64,000 nucleotides of DNA. Source: Utricularia gibba (lineage: Eukaryota > Plantae > Magnoliophyta). The stretch is from contig NEEC01000011.1 in assembly GCA_002189035.1 (NCBI GenBank), forward strand, positions 2,728,001 to 2,792,000, in the 5' to 3' direction. Positions 58,211 through 64,000 of the stretch are shown piece by piece. The number at the start of each line of letters is the position of its first letter. Position 1 is the first letter of the stretch. A model generated the notes under the pieces. It was not told where the DNA came from. It made no database searches and saw only the letters and a program-made list of their open reading frames with translations. A program made the translations under genes and the position numbers.

Positions 58211-59654
58211 AAATAAAAAATAAAAAAAAAAGATTATTGTGTGGAGAAGAAGTACGTGGGCTTCGAAGGGGATCCGATGAGGCCCAAGATCCAGCCCAGG
58301 AGAGGGATCAACTGAAATGGAGGCTAATGACCAAGGAACCAGGAATCTTTGAGACCACAAGATTAATGATGAAGGGTGCTTTGGGAATAATCAGTTAGTC
58401 GGAGGGTGAAGTGATGGGGTGAGTGATGACGAATGACTATAGGGGAACGTGGTGGGGCCTACAGGGCATTGAAATAACGTACGAATCGATGTCGGGGAGG
58501 TCAGGCCAGCGATGATTGGGGAAAGCGGGCGGAGGATTAGGATCGGAAACGACGTCGTGGAGACCCCCGCCCCGCCCTAGTGATGATGATCATGAATTTC
58601 ACCGACGCCCAGGAAATGGCGGTGATCTCAGTCTCGGCTCCCGGACATCATGACGGTTTTGCCCTTAGGGTTCTCGTTTGACGACGATGATTTGACGGAC
58701 ACAGGTTGGGGCCAGTTTGAGAATGCCGGGCGGATGATGCGGATGAGTCTGTGCTCGTGTTCCATTGAGGTTCAGTCAGAGTCCATCTTCATCCGATCAC
58801 GATGTGAATTGTGATCATGACGCATGCCGAGTTCTTGCGAAAGATGAGTCCTTGCGCTGCGCTACGCCGTGGGGAGAGGGCTGCCTGTGGGATGGCGTCG
58901 TCCCCACCGGCGCCACATCGGCGGCGGCGGAGGAGGAGGAGGAGGGAGGTATGTCCTAATCATCAGATGAGGACAAGCTTGTCATTTCTCAGGGGCCCTC
59001 CTTTCCCTTGTTTGTTTTTGTTTTAACTTCTTCCTGTCCTGTCCGCCACCACCAACTACCCAAAATCCAGTCTCATTTCCATGGATGAATGAAGGGCGTT
59101 CTGGTCCACTCGTTCCACCTTCCCTTGCCTGCCACTGCCATCAATGCACTCCTTCACTGCCCCCACCACTTGCTCACCGTCTTCGACCAATACTTCACTA
59201 AATAGGTGCATTTTGCTGAGGATTATGAGCTATCAAAGATCAGCCCAGTTGTTGTTTATGCACGTAATGTGTAGAAACTAGTGTTTCTGAGGAAAAAAAC
59301 ATAACTATCGCGATGCCGACCAGAAAAAGGTGAGGATTTCAAGTGACAGGTGTTTTCTAATGAATAAATGGGCTAACAGCGACTTTTACAAGAACAGTAG
59401 ATGGAGAGGAGAATAGCCAAAAGTACATCATAAGGAAGTAAAATTGTTATATTTATTTCCGTAAAAAGCTGGTAGGAATCAGCAGCTTTCTAGTGGCACA
59501 TTTTTGGTTCATTTGAGCTTTTCACTTTCTGGGTGTTTATGAAGCCTTGAATTCAACGAGTTTTCAAGTGACAGTGACCTCGTGACCGGAGGATCTGGGC
59601 TCCCGGCGAGGATGGTCGGCGGCGCGTGGCGTCCGAGCGTTTGAAGTTCTGAAA

Positions 59655-62600
59655 ATGGGGGGCGAGCGGCGGCATGCTGCTCATTGCTCTTCTTCCTTGA
59701 CGCTGCGGCCCTGCTCCTCAGCTTATGCACCATTGTTGGTGCCGTTACTGACCCGAATGATGGTGAGTTTTTGCTTGGTTCTCATTTGCTTCTGTCGTAA
59801 GAAGTAATGGTGTTTTTGTTGTTTGATTGGTTCAATTGTCGAGATTCGGCGAAAATGACGTTTCTTTTCTCTCTTCGATTGGGTACTTCTTTTTTCGTTC
59901 CGTTTTCTGGGAATGGTGATCTGCCATTTTCTGTAAATTTTGAGTTTGGTGGACTCACTTTACAGTTCTTATTTTGGATATTGTTGTTCTTGAGGGAAAC
60001 ATTAGCAAGTAACTGCAGAAGCTACTTTTCTGCCGGAAAATTGATTTTGAAAAGAACGCAATACCTACGAGATTTGGAAAGTTTACGACACTTGTATCAT
60101 GATCTGGAAAAATTGGTAGCCATGCTTATTCTCAATTCAATGCAAGTTTGATTCTTTTTCTTTGTACAGTTCAAGCGCTTCAAGTTTTGTATGCTTCGTT
60201 GAATAGTCCTTCACAGCTTAGTGGCTGGAATTCAAGCGGCAGTGACCCCTGCGGAGAGTCCTGGGTGGGCATCACATGCCAGGGTTCTTCTGTTGTCTCT
60301 CTGTGAGTGCTGCTTTCTTTGATTCTCTCATAAAATGTGATTTTTTTATTCTTCTGAAACATGGGAACTACAGTCAGTTATCCGGTTTGGAACTCAATGG
60401 TACAATGGGATACATGCTCAACAAGCTGACGTCACTAAGGACACTGTGAGGATGCTGTCTTCTCTGCCATCCTGCATTTGAAGTCATGTGGTTTTTCTTA
60501 GAACTCTCCTTCACATCCTGCAGGGATTTGAGCAACAATCGTATCCACGATACAGTTCCATATCAGCTTCCACCAAGTGTCACAAGCCTGTAATGTTGGA
60601 CTTCGTAGTGTAGCTACTGAATGTTCTCAGCAGTCTTGCTCTGTCTCATTCTTTTCCAGTTTTGGTGCAGAAACCTTGCAGGAAATAATTTAATCGGGGT
60701 GCTCCCGTACTCCATGTCTTCTCTCCGTTCACTTAACTATTTGTGAGTGGCAGGCAATCCTTCACTGCTTCATGTTTCTTTATGTCTTAATCTAACACAA
60801 GGTTTCTCAGAAACATCAGCAGAAACATGCTTTCTCAAGAACTGGTGGACATGTTTTCTGATGATTCTGAGTTAGCTACTTTGTGAGTCTCATTTCCTTT
60901 AGAGCTTTCACACCAGCAGCTGCATTTTCTTTCTTTTCTCATCGCTTGCTTCTCTGGTCAGTGATGCGTCCTTCAACAATTTTTCTGGTCATCTTCCACC
61001 ATCATTCTCATCTTTGACAAGCCTCACAACTCTGTGAGTCCAGTTATCTTTACCTATTCGACTTGTTCAGCTATATCCTCCTATGAGATTGAATTACCAA
61101 GTTATGTTCCTTTGATAGCCAGTTACAGAATAACAAGTTTTCCGGCCCTCTCAGTATCCTCGTTGGCCTGCCTCTGACAACTCTGTAAGCACTGTTGCCA
61201 TTGTCTATGCCACCGGACGTATTGTCCTGAAGCAGCCAGACACACTGCCACTGTTCTTTGAATCTACCTAACTCTTAATTTATCAGGAATGTTGCAAACA
61301 ACAATTTCAGTGGCGAGATTCCAACAGAATTGCTTTCTCTGCCCAGTTTTTTGTAAGTTTCTTGTCTTTTTTAGACGGATGTTGGAGGCATGTAGTCATC
61401 TTCTTCAACTGAAGTACCTTTCATGAACCAGATATGGTGGGAATGCATTTTCAAATGTTCCTGCTTCTCCTGTGCCGTATGCACCACCTCGTCTCGATAG
61501 CCAACCGATCAGGCAACCTTTGGTTCCTTCTCCAGATGCTCCAAGCAGCCCTCACCTTGTGAAGAAAACCAGTCCACTCACAGCAGGATCTGTAGTGGGC
61601 ATCGTGCTGGGTTCATTATTTCTGGTGGTCTTGCTGCTTCTAGCGCTAGATTTTGCTAAAAGGCGGGGAAACAGAAAGGGAATAGAGGCACAGTCTTCAA
61701 TTGAAACTCCTGCTGTTTACAGCATTGATAAAGGTGACATTTTTCATGTCCCACTCACCTTTGGAGGATCCAGAAACATCCTGCTGTATCTTTTTTCTGT
61801 TTTCCAGTGAATGCAGAGATTCCAGAGCATCTGCCAAAAGCAGCAGCCGTTGTTTCTGATGTAAACCCTCCAATGTTCAGCGAGGATGTAATGGTGGACA
61901 CCTTAAATGGGAAGAGCGGGTCTCTGAGAAGGGTGAAGTCTCCAACAACATCGACTCCTTACACAGTGGCCACTCTTCAGATCGCTACTAATAGCTTCAG
62001 TCAAGAGAATCTGGTTGCTGAAGGATCGGTTGGCCGTGTTTATAGAGGAGTGTTTCCTAACGGAAAGGTAGCAGTTCTCTTCTCACTGACTTGTGTTCAT
62101 AAAAAACTGCTCACTGGAGCATCTTGCTTCGCCCCAGGTAATGGCGATCAAGAAGATCGACAGTACAGCAGCGTCACTGCAGGAGGAAGACAACTTTCTT
62201 GAAGCCATTTCAAACATGTCGCGCCTGAGGCATCCAAATATACTGGCATTGGTCGGATACTGTGCTGAGCATGGCCAACGCCTTCTGATACATGAATTCA
62301 TGAGCAATGGGAGTCTGCAGGATATGCTGCATCTTGCTGATGACAGAAGCAAGCTATTGACATGGAATACTCGCGTTCGAATTGCGCTCGGAGCTGCTCG
62401 AGCTCTGGAGTATGATCCTGCTATCCATCTCTTGCTGATAACAGAATCAAACATTCCATCACTTGCTGATCCCCTGCTTTCTTGGACAGGTACTTGCATG
62501 AAGTGTGCCTGCCTTCTGTTGTGCACAGAAACCTCAAGTCATCCAACATTTTGCTTGACGAAGAGCTGAATCCGCATCTCTCGGACAGCGGACTAGCTGT

Positions 62601-63323
62601 TTTAGCACCAGCTGCTGACAGGCAGGTAAGAAAATTTAGGAGGGGTGACACAGAATTCACCAATGAGCTTCCTTGAAGGCCTGTAACATATCCCCACACT
62701 GCTTCCAGATTTCTTCAACGCAAATGGTTGGTTCATTTGGCTACTCCGCACCTGAATGTGCCTTCTCAGGAGTTTACACAGTAAAAAGCGATGTTTATAG
62801 CTTCGGTGTGGTTATGCTGGAGCTTCTTACCGGGAGGAAGCCGCTGGATAGGTAACGCTTCATTCCCCTGCGTTCAAGGTTGCTACTGTTACTTCACCGT
62901 GGTCATCACCATCTTACCATTTTCACAGTTCAAAGGCGAGATCTGAGCAATCGCTTGTAAGATGGGCGGCCCCTCAGCTACATGACATCGATGCTTTATC
63001 CAAGATGGTTGATCCTTCCCTAAACGGCATGTATCCTGCGAAGTCCTTGAGCTGCTTTGCGGATATCATAGCCCTCTGCATTCAGGTGAGTGTTCGAAAC
63101 AACCACTGGATGGATGTTTCTTTTCTGAGGAGCATTTAGAGAAGATCACCATAAGGCTTCTTTGAAAGTGCAGACTGAACCTGAGTTTCGCCCTCCGATG
63201 TCTGAAGTGGTCCAAGCGCTGGTTCGACTGATGCAACGAGCGAGTGTGATCAGAAGGCGCAGCAGCGAGGAGTACAGGTTTGCTTTCAGACTTCAGGAGC
63301 ATGAAGCTGGCGATGCAACGTAG
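59655..63323 (+). CDS. SRF8: STRUBBELIG-receptor family LRR receptor-like kinase 8; one-base frame break in the start region
   Basis: [38 protein letters not shown], small LRR exons, TM segment [19 protein letters not shown], kinase [53 protein letters not shown]. Confidence 0.93.
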
Positions 63324-64000
63324 GAGGCATGCTCCAGAGTACCTACACAGTTTTGTACACAACATCGATATGGCGTTGCTGAATGAAGAAGAAAAAGACC
63401 TAACATCCACCAAACGGGGAGCCAGGCGTGCGGATGACGTGATATCTTCTTCTCCATGTTGTCTGTTCTGGATTTACACAAGTTTGATCTTCAAATCACT
63501 TACATTGCTGAGTATATACATCCCTTGTGGCTTCCCGATTTCTATGTTCTGCATCTTATTCCTTGAAGAAAACAGATCAAGGTTCATATTCTCATTCGAA
63601 ATGCTTCAACATGGGAAGATTTTGGGAGGTTCCTGGCAGAAGATGGTACTACGAAGACACAGGTAGTGGAAAAAAAAAAAAAAAAACAGCTCAGCTCAGT
63701 ACCATGAATCCGAGGAGCATTCAGACCTCGCTCCGAGTTCCAGCAGCAAAGCGTGATTAAATTTATCGCCAAAATGACCAGCAAATTGGATCAAACCTAC
63801 AAACACATATGAAAGCATAATGATGCAAAGCCACCTTCAAATCTAATGCTACACTGGACAACTCTGCTTACCAGGACTAACTTATCGGTTGTTAAGAGCC
63901 CAATCTTCCCAAGAGGCTGTAATTTCTTGAATGGGGCACCTGTAAATGGCCATCATAAGTGCGCCAACAGTTCGTAGGCAACAAGAGGAATGTAAGTCGG

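Noticed and set aside
58235-58260. TGGAGAAG...ACGTG resembling miR164
   Set aside because: Too many mismatches and no hairpin partner.
62480-62600. Non-canonical kinase motifs in SRF8 (HRN, DSG)
   Set aside because: Known feature of the STRUBBELIG-receptor family, not novel.
63800-64000. Possible terminal exon of a minus-strand gene beyond the window edge
   Set aside because: An acceptor-like site is present, but the frame is ambiguous and no product is recognisable.

Overview
Eukaryotic (eudicot plant) nuclear DNA with about 21 intron-containing genes in 64 kb (~3 kb per gene, most introns ~70-200 nt). This density suggests a miniaturised genome such as Lentibulariaceae (inference only). 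Gene order: actin(+), VPS45(-), CCCH zinc finger(+), two hAT-like MITE remnants followed by an unrecognised multi-exon orphan gene(+), PPD4(-), ADH(-), SEUSS(+), RabC(+), PP2C(-), DEAD-box RH29(+), pTAC6(-), PQBP1-like WW protein(+), wound-responsive DUF3774 peptide(-), MORF9(+), ATPC1(-), RBP45(-), THI1(-), phytepsin(-), a shrunken group IIb WRKY(-), a PLS-E PPR(+) and SRF8(+). No tRNA, rRNA, CRISPR or autonomous transposon was found. Most notable: (i) an orphan gene growing by tandem duplication of symmetric exon cassettes behind transposon remnants, (ii) a candidate poison exon in the only ~1.2 kb intron (RBP45), (iii) uORFs in the SEUSS leader, (iv) a triple evening element at THI1 and hypoxia elements at ADH and the wound-responsive gene, (v) six frame breaks in five genes, each repaired by adding one base to a G/C homopolymer, most likely long-read assembly errors. 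Arabidopsis locus identifiers are quoted from memory, not from a search.
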